Below, in pieces: positions 39,500 through 52,500 of a DNA stretch of 64,000 nt. Each line of letters starts with the position of its first letter. The first letter of the stretch is position 1. The notes beneath the pieces were generated by a model. That model was not told the origin of the DNA. It searched no databases and saw only the letters and a program-made list of their open reading frames with translations. The translations under genes and the position numbers were made by a program. The stretch is from Balanoglossus misakiensis (lineage: Eukaryota; Animalia; Hemichordata): NCBI GenBank assembly GCA_040954595.2, contig CM082588.2, forward strand, positions 6,026,202 to 6,090,201, written 5' to 3'.

Positions 39500-40510
39500 A
39501 TTTGCCATACCCGCCGTAGGTGGCGACATTAACAATTTCCTATCACATTGTATCAGAAGATGAAACTGGGTCTCAAAGAATTTCATTGACCTTCCAAGGA
39601 AGCTCTGAACCGACAGGTGAAAACTGTCTGGCAATGTACGAGCGTTTTTAATATATATTTAAATTGTCTGACATCGCGACGAACCTCGGCTATTCTGATT
39701 GGTCAATTACTTTCCATACATCTGAATCAGGTAGGCCACAGCGCTTGTGATTGGTCAATTACGTTCAGCACTCTTGAAACGTAGAGGCAGCAGACAAGTT
39801 CGTTGACCAGGAGTTGACCTGGCCTATAATGTTTGACCGCTTCTCTCACGTTTCTCTAAACAACGTTGCAGACGATAAGCGAAATTATATGAGCAAAATG
39901 TCGTCCGAGGAACTTTGCTCAGCTATTTTCTCTCGCATTCGTGTGCGGCAGCTTTCAGTTCAAAGAGTTGTTGGTCGACAACTGTCCGATTTTCAACATT
40001 GCGTTTTGCCGTACCCACCGTAGGTGGCGACATTTAAAATTTCCTATCACAGGATACTGCCCGTGTTATGTCAGAACTGGGTCACAATATTTTGACCTCC
40101 CGAAGGAACCATTGAATCAACAGGTGCTAACTGTCTGGCAGTGTGCGCACGTTTCAATATATATTTAAATTAATTGGGTACTACTTAATTAAATATTCAA
40201 TTAGGTCACTACATATTAGTTATGCATTAGTGTCGTAAATACATGTCCCTGCTGGTACGTGAAACTATTAGTCATACTCACCGTTGGTGGCGACATTTAA
40301 CATTTCCCATCAGAGAATGCCCTGTACTATGTCCGTGTAAGAACCCAATCTAGTTGACCTTTCAAAGAACCTTTGGACCAACAGGTGCAAACCGTCTTGC
40401 AATGTACGCGCGTTTTGAATATATATGTAAATAAATTTGTCACTGCTTAATTAATTATTCAATTAGGTCACTACATTTTAATTACAAATTAGTGACGTAA
40501 ACATGTAATT
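39500..40510 (+). repeat. Three diverged copies of a ~260-bp unit flanking the satellite
   Basis: Units near 39500, 40005 and 40270 share ccgt(a/t)ggtggcgacatt, atttcc(t/c)atca, ttgacct, acaggtg..aac(t/c)gtct.gca.tgt and aatatatat. Copies 2 and 3 also share tattcaattaggtcactacat. Confidence 0.85.
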
Positions 40511-40537
40511 AGCCCTCTTGAAGATTTCGGTCATAGG

Positions 40538-43500
40538 CTGTGTCATTTAAGCAGGCGCGGTATATAACGCATGGGAACAGGGGAAGGAAGGGCAGCTAGT
40601 GTGCGACGGCTCCTGGCTAGCTCGGCGGGACCAAGCTCAAGTCACCGCCGAATTAGAAAGACAAAGCGCTAAGTCTGTGTCCTTTAAGCAGGCGCGGTAT
40701 ATAACGCATGGGAACAGGGGAAGGAAGGGTAGTTAGTGTGCGACGTCTCCTGGCTACCTCGGCGGGACCAAGCTCAAGTCCCCGCCGAATTAGAAAGACA
40801 AAGCGCTAAGTCTGTGTCCTTTAAGCAGGCGCGGTATATAACGCATGGGAACAGGGGAAGGAAGGGTAGTTAGTGTGCGACGTCTCCTGGCTACCTCGGC
40901 GGGACCAAGCTCAAGTCCCCGCCGAATTAGAAAGACAAAGCGCTAAGTCTGTGTCCTTTAAGCAGGCGCGGTATATAACGCATGGGAACAGGGGAAGGAA
41001 GGGTAGTTAGTGTGCGACGTCTCCTGGCTACCTCGGCGGGACCAAGCTCAAGTCCCCGCCGAATTAGAAAGACAAAGCGCTAAGTCTGTGTCCTTTAAGC
41101 AGGCGCGGTATATAACGCATGGGAACAGGGGAAGGAAGGGCAGTTAGTGTGCGACGTCTCCTGGCTACTTCGGCGGGACCAAGCTCAAGTCCCCGCCGAA
41201 TTAGAAAGACAAAGCGCTAAGTCTGTGTCCTTTAAGCAGGCGCGGTATATAACGCAGGGGAAGTAAGGGTAGTTAGTGTGCGACGTCTCCTGGCTACCTC
41301 GGCGGGACCAAGCTCAAGTCCCCGCCGAATTAGAAAGACAAAGCGCTAAGTCTGTGTCCTTTAAGCAGGCGCAGTATATAACGCATGGGAACAGGGGAAG
41401 GAAGGTAGTTAGTGTGCGACGTCTCCTGGCTACCTCGGCGGGACCAAGCTCAAGTCCCCGTCGAATTAGAAAGACAAAGCGCTAAGTCTGTGTCCTTTAA
41501 GCAGGCGCGGTATATAACGCATGGGAACAGGGGAAGGAAGGGCAGTTAGTGTGCGACGTCTCCTGGCTACCTCGGCGGGACCAAGCTCAAGTCCCCGCCG
41601 AACTAGAAAGACAAAGCGCTAAGTCTGTGTCCTTTAAGCAGGCGCGGTATATAACGCATGGGAACAGGGGAAGGAAGGGTAGTTAGTGTGCGACGTCTCC
41701 TGGCTACCTCGGCGGGACCAAGCTCAAGTCCCCGCCGAATTAGAAAGACAAAGCGCTAAGTCTGTGTCCTTTAAGCAGGCGCGGTATATAATGCATGGGA
41801 ACAGGTGAAGGGAGGGTAGTTAGTGTGCGACGTCTCCTGGCTACCTCGGCGGGACCAAGCTTAAGTCCCCGCCGAATTGGAAAGGCAAAGCGCCAAGTCT
41901 GTGTCCTTTAAGCAGGCGCGGTATATAACGCATAGGAACAGGGGAAGGAAGGGTAGTTAGTGTGCGACGTCTCCTGGCTACCTCGGCGGGACCAGGCTCA
42001 AGTCCCCGCCGAATTAGAAAGACAAAGCGCTAAGTCGGTGTCATTTAAGCAGGCGCGGTATATAACGCATGGGAACAGGGGAAGTAAGGGTAGTTAGTGT
42101 GCGACGTCTCCTGGCTACCTCGGCGGGACCAAGCTCAAGTCCCCGCCGAATTAGAAAGACAAAGCGCTAAGTCGGTGTCATTTAAGCATGCGCGGTATAT
42201 AACGCATGGGAACAGGGGAAGGAAGGGTAGTTAGTGTGCGACGTCTCATGGCTACCTCGGCGGGACCAAGCTCAAGTCCCCGCCGAAATACAGAGACAAT
42301 GAGCAAAGTCTGTGTCCTTAAAGCAGGCGCGCCTATATAACGCATGGGAACAGGGGAAGTAAGGGTAGTTAGTGTGCGACGTCTCCTGGCTATCTCGGCG
42401 GGACAAAGCTCAAGTCCCCGCCGAATTAGAAAGACAAAGCGCTAAGTCTGTGTCCTTTAAGCAGGCGCGGTATATAATGCATGGGAACAGGTGAAGGGAG
42501 GGTAGTTAGTGTGCGACGTCTCCTGGCTACCTCGGCGGGACCAAGCTTAAGTCCCCGCCGAATTGGAAAGGCAAAGCGCCAAGTCTGTGTCCTTTAAGCA
42601 GGCGCGGTATATAACGCATAGGAACAGGGGAAGGAAGGGTAGTTAGTGTGCGACGTCTCCTGGCTACCTCGGCGGGACCAAGCTCAAGTCCCCGCCGAAT
42701 TAGAAAGACAAAGCGCTAAGTATGTCCTTTAAGCAGGCGCGGTATATAACGCATGGGAACAGGGGAAGGAAGGGTAGTTAGTGTGCGACGTCTCCTGGCT
42801 ACCTCGGCGGGACCAAGCTCAAGTCCCCGCCGAATTTGAAAGACAAAGCGCCAAGTCTGTGTCCTTTAAGCAGGCGCGGTATATAACGCATGGGAACAGG
42901 GGAAGTAAGGGTAGTTAGTGTGCGACGTCTCCTGGCTATCTCGGCGGGACAAAGCTCAAGTCCCCGCCGAATTAGAAAGACAAAGCGCTAAGTCTGTGTC
43001 CTTTAAGCAGGCGCGGTATATAATGCATGGGAACAGGTCAAGGGAGGGTAGTTAGTGTGCGACGTCTCCTGGCTACCTCGGCGGGACCAAGCTTAAGTCC
43101 CCGCCGAATTGGAAAGGCAAAGCGCCAAGTCTGTGTCCTTTAAGCAGGCGCGGTATATAACGCATAGGAACAGGGGAAGGAAGGGTAGTTAGTGTACGAC
43201 GTCTCCTGGCTACCTCGGCGGGACCAAGCTCAAGTCCCCGCCGAATTAGAAAGACAAAGCGCTAAGTATGTGTCCTTTAAGCAGGCGCAGTATATAACGC
43301 ATGGGAACAGGGGAAGTTAGGGTAGTTAGTGTGCGACGTCTCCTGGCTATCTCGGCGGGACAAAGCTCAAGTCCCCGCCGAATTAGAAATACAAAGCGCT
43401 ATCCTAAGTCTGTGTCATTTAAGCAGGCGCTGTATATAACGCATGGGAACAGGGGAAGGAAGGGCAGTTAGTTTGCGACGTCTCATGGCTACCTCGGCGG

Positions 43501-46500
43501 GACCAAGCTCAAGTCCCCGCCGAATTACAGAGACAATGCACAAAGTCTGTGTCCTTTAAGCAGGCGCGGTATATAACGCATGGGAACAGGGGAAGGAAGG
43601 GTAGTTAGTGTGCGACGTCTCCTGGCTACCTCGGCGGGACCAAGCTCAAGTCCCCGCCGAATTAGAAAGACAAAGCGCTAAGTCTGTGTCCTTTAAGCAG
43701 GCGCGGTATATAATGCATGGGAACAGGTGAAGGGAGGGTAGTTAGTGTGCGACGTCTCCTGGCTACCTCGGCGGGACCAAGCTTAAGTCCCCGCCGAATT
43801 GGAAAGGCAAAGCGCCAAGTCTGTGTCCTTTAAGCAGGCGCGGTATATAACGCATAGGAACAGGGGAAGGAAGGGTAGTTAGTGTGCGACGTCTCCTGGC
43901 TACCTCGGCGGGACCAAGCTCAAGTCCCCGCCGAATTAGAAAGACAAAGCGCTAAGTATGTGTCCTTTAAGCAGGCGCGGTATATAACGCATGGGAACAG
44001 GGGAAGGAAGGGAAGTTAGTGTGCGACGTCTCCTGGCTACCTCGGCGGGACCAAGCTCAAGTCCCCGCCGAATTTGAAAGACAAAGCGCCAAGTCTGTGT
44101 CCTTTAAGCAGGCGCGGTATATCACGCATGGGAACAGGGGAAGTAAGGGTAGTTAGTGTGCGACGTCTCCTGGCTATCTCGGCGGGACAAAGCTCAAGTC
44201 CCCGCCGAATTAGAAAGACAAAGCGCTATCCTAAGTCTGTGTCATTTAAGCAGGCGCGGTATATAACGCATGGGAACAGGTGAAGGGAGGGTAGTTAGTG
44301 TGCGACGTCTCCTGGCTACCTCGGCGGGACCAAGCTCAAGTCCCCGCCGAATTAGAAAGACAAAGCGCTAAGTATGTGTCCTTTAAGCAGGCGCGGTATA
44401 TAACGCATGGGAACAGGGGAAGGAGGGGCAGTTAGTGTGCGACGTCTCCTGGCTACCTCGGCGGGACCAAGCTCAAGTCCCCGCCGAATTGGATAGACAA
44501 AGCGCCAAGTCTGTGTCCTTTAAGAAGGCGCGGTATATAACGCATGGGAACAGGGGAAGGAATGGTAGTTAGTGTGCGACGTCTCCTGGCTATCTCGGCG
44601 GGACCAAGCTCAAGTCCCCGCCGAATTACAGAGACAATGCGCAAAGTCTGTGTCATTTAGGCAGGCGTAGTATATAACGCATGGGAACAGGGGAAGGAAG
44701 GGTAGTTAGTGTGCGACATCTCCTGGATACCTCGGCGGGACAAAGCTCAAGTCCCCGCCGAATTACAGAGACAAAGCGCTAAGTCTGGGTCCTCTAAGCA
44801 GGCGCGGTATATAACGCATGGGAACAGGGGAAGGAAGGGTAGTTAGTGTGCGACATCTCCTGGATACCTCGGCGGGACCAAGCTCAAGTCCCCGCCGAAT
44901 TAGAAAGACAAAGCGCTAAGTCTGTGTCCTCTAAGCAGGCGCGGTATATAACGCATGGGAACAGGGGAAGGAAGGGTAGTTAGTGTGCGACGTCTCCTGG
45001 CTATCTCGGCGGGACAAAGCTCAAGTCCCCGCCGAATTAGAAATACAAAGCGCTATCCTAAGTCTGTGTCATTTAAGCAGGCGCTGTATATAACGCATGG
45101 GAACAGGGGAAGGAAGGGCAGTTAGTTTGCGACGTCTCATGGCTACCTCGGCGGGACCAAGCTCAAGTCCCCGCCGAATTACAGAGACAATGCACAAAGT
45201 CTGTGTCCTTTAAGCAGGCGCGGTATATAACGCATGGGAACAGGGGAAGGAAGGGTAGTTAGTGTGCGACGTCTCCTGGCTACCTCGGCGGGACCAAGCT
45301 CAAGTCCCCGCCGAATTAGAAAGACAAAGCGCTAAGTCTGTGTCCTTTAAGCAGGCGCGGTATATAATGCATGGGAACAGGTGAAGGGAGGGTAGTTAGT
45401 GTGCGACGTCTCCTGGCTACCTCGGCGGGACCAAGCTTAAGTCCCCGCCGAATTGGAAAGGCAAAGCGCCAAGTCTGTGTCCTTTAAGCAGGCGCGGTAT
45501 ATAACGCATAGGAACAGGGGAAGGAAGGGTAGTTAGTGTGCGACGTCTCCTGGCTACCTCGGCGGGACCAAGCTCAAGTCCCCGCCGAATTACAGAGACA
45601 ATGCACAAAGTCTGTGTCCTTTAAGCAGGCGCGGTATATAACGCATGGGAACAGGGGAAGGAAGGGTAGTTAGTGTGCGACGTCTCCTGGCTACCTCGGC
45701 GGGACCAAGCTCAAGTCCCCGCCGAATTTGAAAGACAAAGCGCCAAGTCTGTGTCCTTAAAGCAGGCGCGGTATATAACGCATAGGAACAGGGGAAGGAA
45801 GGGTAGATAGTGTGCGACGTCTCCTGGCTACCTCGGCGGGACCAAGCTCAAGTCCCCGCCGAATTAGAAAGACAAAGCGCTAAGTATGTGTCCTTTAAGC
45901 AGGCGCGGTATATAAAGCATGGGAACAGGGGAAGGAGGGGCAGTTAGTGTGCGACGTCTCCTGGCTACCTCGGCGGGACCAAGATCAAGTCCCCGCCGAA
46001 TTGGATAGACAAAGCGCTAAGTCTGTGTCATTTAAGAAGGCGCGGTATATAACGCATGGGAACAGGGGAAGGAATGGTAGTTAGTGTGCGACGTCTCCTG
46101 GCTATCTCGGCGGGACCAAGCTCAAGTCCCCGCCGAATTACAGAGACAATGCGCAAAGTCTGTGTCATTTAGGCAGGCGTAGTATATAACGCATGGGAAC
46201 AGGGGAAGGAAGGGTAGTTAGTGTGCGACATCTCCTGGATACCTCGGCGGGACAAAGCTCAAGTCCCCGCCGAATTACAGAGACAAAGCGCTAAGTCTGG
46301 GTCCTCTAAGCAGGCGCGGTATATAACGCATGGGAACAGGGGAAGGAAGGGTAGTTAGTGTGCGACATCTCCTGGATACCTCGGCGGGACCAAGCTCAAG
46401 TCCCCGCCGAATTAGAAAGACAAAGCGCTAAGTCTGTGTCCTCTAAGCAGGCGCGGTATATAACGCATGGGAACAGGGGAAGGAAGGGTAGTTAGTGTGC

Positions 46501-49500
46501 GACGTCTCCTGGCTATCTCGGCGGGACAAAGCTCAAGTCCCCGCCGAATTAGAAATACAAAGCGCTATCCTAAGTCTGTGTCATTTAAGCAGGCGCTGTA
46601 TATAACGCATGGGAACAGGGGAAGGAAGGGCAGTTAGTTTGCGACGTCTCATGGCTACCTCGGCGGGACCAAGCTCAAGTCCCCGCCGAATTACAGAGAC
46701 AATGCACAAAGTCTGTGTCCTTTAAGCAGGCGCGGTATATAACGCATGGGAACAGGGGAAGGAAGGGTAGTTAGTGTGCGACGTCTCCTGGCTACCTCGG
46801 CGGGACCAAGCTCAAGTCCCCGCCGAATTACAGAGACAATGCACAAAGTCTGTGTCCTTTAAGCAGGCGCGGTATATAACGCATGGGAACAGGGGAAGGA
46901 AGGGCAGCTAGTGTGCGACGTCTCCCGGCTACCTCGGCGGGACCAAGCTCAAGTCCCCGCCGAATAAGAAAGACAAAGCGCTAAGTATGTGTCCTTTAAG
47001 CAAGCGCAGTATATAACGCATGGGAACAGGGGAAGTTAGGGTAGTTAGTGTGCGACGTCTCCTGGCTATCTCGGCGGGACAAAGCTCAAGTCCCCGCCGA
47101 ATTAGAAATACAAAGCGCTATCCTAAGTCTGTGTCATTTAAGCAGGCGCTGTATATAACGCATGGGAACAGGGGAAGGAAGGGCAGTTAGTTTGCGACGT
47201 CTCATGGCTACCTCGGCGGGACCAAGCTCAAGTCCCCGCCGAATTACAGAGACAATGCACAAAGTCTGTGTCCTTTAAGCAGGCGCGGTATATAACGCAT
47301 GGGAACAGGGGAAGGAAGGGTAGTTAGTGTGCGACGTCTCCTGGCTACCTCGGCGGGACCAAGCTCAAGTCCCCGCCGAATTAGAAAGACAAAGCGCTAA
47401 GTCTGTGTCCTTTAAGCAGGCGCGGTATATAATGCATGGGAACAGGTGAAGGGAGGGTAGTTAGTGTGCGACGTCTCCTGGCTACCTCGGCGGGACCAAG
47501 CTTAAGTCCCCGCCGAATTGGAAAGGCAAAGCGCCAAGTCTGTGTCCTTTAAGCAGGCGCGGTATATAACGCATAGGAACAGGGGAAGGAAGGGTAGTTA
47601 GTGTGCGACGTCTCCTGGCTACCTCGGCGGGACCAAGCTCAAGTCCCCGCCGAATTAGAAAGACAAAGCGCTAAGTATGTGTCCTTTAAGCAGGCGCGGT
47701 ATATAACGCATGGGAACAGGGGAAGGAAGGGTAGTTAGTGTGCGACGTCTCCTGGCTACCTCGGCGGGACCAAGCTCAAGTCCCCGCCGAATTTGAAAGA
47801 CAAAGCGCCAAGTCTGTGTCCTTTAAGCAGGCGCGGTATATCACGCATGGGAACAGGGGAAGTAAGGGTAGTTAGTGTGCGACGTCTCCTGGCTATCTCG
47901 GCGGGACAAAGCTCAAGTCCCCGCCGAATTAGAAAGACAAAGCGCTATCCTAAGTCTGTGTCATTTAAGCAGGCGCGGTATATAACGCATGGGAACAGGT
48001 GAAGGGAGGGTAGTTAGTGTGCGACGTCTCCTGGCTACCTCGGCGGGACCAAGCTCAAGTCCCCGCCGAATTAGAAAGACAAAGCGCTAAGTATGTGTCC
48101 TTTAAGCAGGCGCGGTATATAACGCATGGGAACAGGGGAAGGAGGGGCAGTTAGTGTGCGACGTCTCCTGGCTACCTCGGCGGGACCAAGCTCAAGTCCC
48201 CGCCGAATTGGATAGACAAAGCGCCAAGTCTGTGTCCTTTAAGAAGGCGCGGTATATAACGCATGGGAACAGGGGAAGGAATGGTAGTTAGTGTGCGACG
48301 TCTCCTGGCTATCTCGGCGGGACCAAGCTCAAGTCCCTGCCGAATTACAGAGACAATGCGCAAAGTCTGTGTCATTTAGGCAGGCGTAGTATATAACGCA
48401 TGGGAACAGGGGAAGGAAGGGTAGTTAGTGTGCGACATCTCCTGGATACCTCGGCGGGACAAAGCTCAAGTCCCCGCCGAATTACAGAGACAATGCACAA
48501 AGTCTGTGTCCTTTAAGCAGGCGCGGTATATAACGCATGGGAACAGGGGAAGGAAGGGTAGTTAGTGTGCGACATCTCCTGGATACCTCGGCGGGACCAA
48601 GCTCAAGTCCCCGCCGAATTAGAAAGACAAAGCGCTAAGTCTGGGTCCTCTAAGCAGGCGCGGTATATAACGCATGGGAACAGGGGAAGGAAGGGTAGTT
48701 AGTGTGCGACGTCTCCTGGCTATCTCGGCGGGACAAAGCTCAAGTCCCCGCCGAATTAGAAATACAAAGCGCTATCCTAAGTCTGTGTCATTTAAGCAGG
48801 CGCTGTATATAACGCATGGGAACAGGGGAAGGAAGGGCAGTTAGTTTGCGACGTCTCATGGCTACCTCGGCGGGACCAAGCTCAAGTCCCCGCCGAATTA
48901 CAGAGACAATGCACAAAGTCTGTGTCCTTTAAGCAGGCGCGGTATATAACGCATGGGAACAGGGGAAGGAAGGGTAGTTAGTGTGCGACGTCTCCTGGCT
49001 ACCTCGGCGGGACCAAGCTCAAGTCCCCGCCGAATTAGAAAGACAAAGCGCTAAGTCTGTGTCCTTTAAGCAGGCGCGGTATATAATGCATGGGAACAGG
49101 TGAAGGGAGGGTAGTTAGTGTGCGACGTCTCCTGGCTACCTCGGCGGGACCAAGCTTAAGTCCCCGCCGAATTGGAAAGGCAAAGCGCCAAGTCTGTGTC
49201 CTTTAAGCAGGCGCGGTATATAACGCATAGGAACAGGGGAAGGAAGGGTAGTTAGTGTGCGACGTCTCCTGGCTACCTCGGCGGGACCAAGCTCAAGTCC
49301 CCGCCGAATTACAGAGACAATGCACAAAGTCTGTGTCCTTTAAGCAGGCGCGGTATATAACGCATGGGAACAGGGGAAGGAAGGGTAGTTAGTGTGCGAC
49401 GTCTCCTGGCTACCTCGGCGGGACCAAGCTCAAGTCCCCGCCGAATTTGAAAGACAAAGCGCCAAGTCTGTGTCCTTAAAGCAGGCGCGGTATATAACGC

Positions 49501-52500
49501 ATAGGAACAGGGGAAGGAAGGGTAGATAGTGTGCGACGTCTCCTGGCTACCTCGGCGGGACCAAGCTCAAGTCCCCGCCGAATTAGAAAGACAAAGCGCT
49601 AAGTATGTGTCCTTTAAGCAGGCGCGGTATATAAAGCATGGGAACAGGGGAAGGAGGGGCAGTTAGTGTGCGACGTCTCCTGGCTACCTCGGCGGGACCA
49701 AGATCAAGTCCCCGCCGAATTGGATAGACAAAGCGCTAAGTCTGTGTCATTTAAGCAGGCGTAGTATATAACGCATGGGAACAGGGGAAGGAAGGGTAGT
49801 TAGTGTGCGACATCTCCTGGATACCTCGGCGGGACCAAGCTCAAGTCCCCGCCGAATTACAGAGACAAAGCGCTAAGTCTGGGTCCTCTAAGCAGGCGCG
49901 GTATATAACGCATGGGAACAGGGGAAGGAAGGGTAGTTAGTGTGCGACATCTCCTGGATACCTCGGCGGGACCAAGCTCAAGTCCCCGCCGAATTACAGA
50001 GACAAAGCGCTAAGTCTGGGTCCTCTAAGCAGGCGCGGTATATAACGCATGGGAACAGGGGAAGTAAGGGTAGTTAGTGTGCGACGTCTCCTGGCTATCT
50101 CGGCGGGACAAAGCTCAAGTCCCCGCCGAATTAGAAAGACAAAGCGCTATCCTAAGTCTGTGTCATTTAAGCAGGCGCGGTATATAACGCATGGGAACAG
50201 GTGAAGGGAGGGTAGTTAGTGTGCGACGTCTCCTGGCTACCTCGGCGGGACCAAGCTCAAGTCCCCGCTGAATTAGAAAGACAAAGCGCTAAGCATGTGT
50301 CCTTTAAGCAGGCGCGGTATATAACGCATGGGAACAGGGGAAGGAGGGGCAGTTAGTGTGCGACGTCTCCTGGCTACCTCGGCGGGACCAAGCTCAAGTC
50401 CCCGCCGAATTGGATAGACAAAGCGCCAAGTCTGTGTCCTTTAAGAAGGCGCGGTATATAACGCATGGGAACAGGGGAAGGAATGGTAGTTAGTGTGCGA
50501 CGTCTCCTGGCTATCTCGGCGGGACCAAGCTCAAGTCCCCGCCGAATTAAAGAGACAATGCGCAAAGTCTGTGTCATTTAGGCAGGCGTAGTATATAACG
50601 CATGGGAACAGGGGAAGGAAGGGTAGTTAGTGTGCGACATCTCCTGGATACCTCGGCGGGACAAAGCTCAAGTCCCCGCCGAATTACAGAGACAAAGCGC
50701 TAAGTCTGGGTCCTCTAAGCAGGCGCGGTATATAACGCATGGGAACATGGGAAGGAAGGGTAGTTAGTGTGCGACATCTCCTGGATACCTCGGCGGGACC
50801 AAGCTCAAGTCCCCGCCGAATTAGAAAGACAAAGCGCTAAGTCTGTGTCCTCTAAGCAGGCGCGGTATATAACGCATGGGAACAGGGGAAGGAAGGGTAG
50901 TTAGTGTGCGACGTCTCCTGGCTATCTCGGCGGGACAAAGCTCAAGTCCCCGCCGAATTAGAAATACAAAGCGCTATCCTAAGTCTGTGTCATTTAAGCA
51001 GGCGCTGTATATAACGCATGGGAACAGGGGAAGGAAGGGCAGTTAGTTTGCGACGTCTCATGGCTACCTCGGCGGGACCAAGCTCAAGTCCCCGCCGAAT
51101 TACAGAGACAATGCACAAAGTCTGTGTCCTTTAAGCAGGCGCGGTATATAACGCATGGGAACAGGGGAAGGAAGGGTAGTTAGTGTGCGACGTCTCCTGG
51201 CTACCTCGGCGGGACCAAGCTCAAGTCCCCGCCGAATTAGAAAGACAAAGCGCTAAGTCTGTGTCCTTTAAGCAGGCGCGGTATATAATGCATGGGAACA
51301 GGTGAAGGGAGGGTAGTTAGTGTGCGACGTCTCCTGGCTACCTCGGCGGGACCAAGCTTAAGTCCCCGCCGAATTGGAAAGGCAAAGCGCCAAGTCTGTG
51401 TCCTTTAAGCAGGCGCGGTATATAACGCATAGGAACAGGGGAAGGAAGGGTAGTTAGTGTGCGACGTCTCCTGGCTACCTCGGCGGGACCAAGCTCAAGT
51501 CCCCGCCGAATTACAGAGACAATGCACAAAGTCTGTGTCCTTTAAGCAGGCGCGGTATATAACGCATGGGAACAGGGGAAGGAAGGGTAGTTAGTGTGCG
51601 ACGTCTCCTGGCTACCTCGGCGGGACCAAGCTCAAGTCCCCGCCGAATTTGAAAGGCAAAGCGCCAAGTCTGTGTCCTTAAAGCAGGCGCGGTATATAAC
51701 GCATGGGAACATGGGAAGGAAGGGTAGTTAGTGTGCGACATCTCCTGGATACCTCGGCGGGACCAAGCTCAAGTCCCCGCCGAATTAGAAAGACAAAGCG
51801 CTAAGTCTGTGTCCTCTAAGCAGGCGCGGTATATAACGCATGGGAACAGGGGAAGGAAGGGTAGTTAGTGTGCGACGTCTCCTGGCTATCTCGGCGGGAC
51901 AAAGCTCAAGTCCCCGCCGAATTAGAAATACAAAGCGCTATCCTAAGTCTGTGTCATTTAAGCAGGCGCTGTATATAACGCATGGGAACAGGGGAAGGAA
52001 GGGCAGTTAGTTTGCGACGTCTCATGGCTACCTCGGCGGGACCAAGCTCAAGTCCCCGCCGAATTACAGAGACAATGCACAAAGTCTGTGTCCTTTAAGC
52101 AGGCGCGGTATATAACGCATGGGAACAGGGGAAGGAAGGGTAGTTAGTGTGCGACGTCTCCTGGCTACCTCGGCGGGACCAAGCTCAAGTCCCCGCCGAA
52201 TTAGAAAGACAAAGCGCTAAGTCTGTGTCCTTTAAGCAGGCGCGGTATATAATGCATGGGAACAGGTGAAGGGAGGGTAGTTAGTGTGCGACGTCTCCTG
52301 GCTACCTCGGCGGGACCAAGCTTAAGTCCCCGCCGAATTGGAAAGGCAAAGCGCCAAGTCTGTGTCCTTTAAGCAGGCGCGGTATATAACGCATAGGAAC
52401 AGGGGAAGGAAGGGTAGTTAGTGTGCGACGTCTCCTGGCTACCTCGGCGGGACCAAGCTCAAGTCCCCGCCGAATTACAGAGACAATGCACAAAGTCTGT

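Noticed and set aside
40671-40807. Self-cleaving ribozyme (hammerhead, HDV-like, twister) in the monomer
   Set aside because: No CUGANGA core on either strand. GCUAA/CGAAU words lack matching P2/P3/L3 elements, and CCAAGC lacks the twister pseudoknot partners. Checked by eye only.
40671-40807. Functional tRNA genes, spliced-leader RNA genes or CENP-B boxes
   Set aside because: No acceptor or anticodon stem pairing, no convincing Sm site, and the TTCG/CGGG spacing does not match the CENP-B box.
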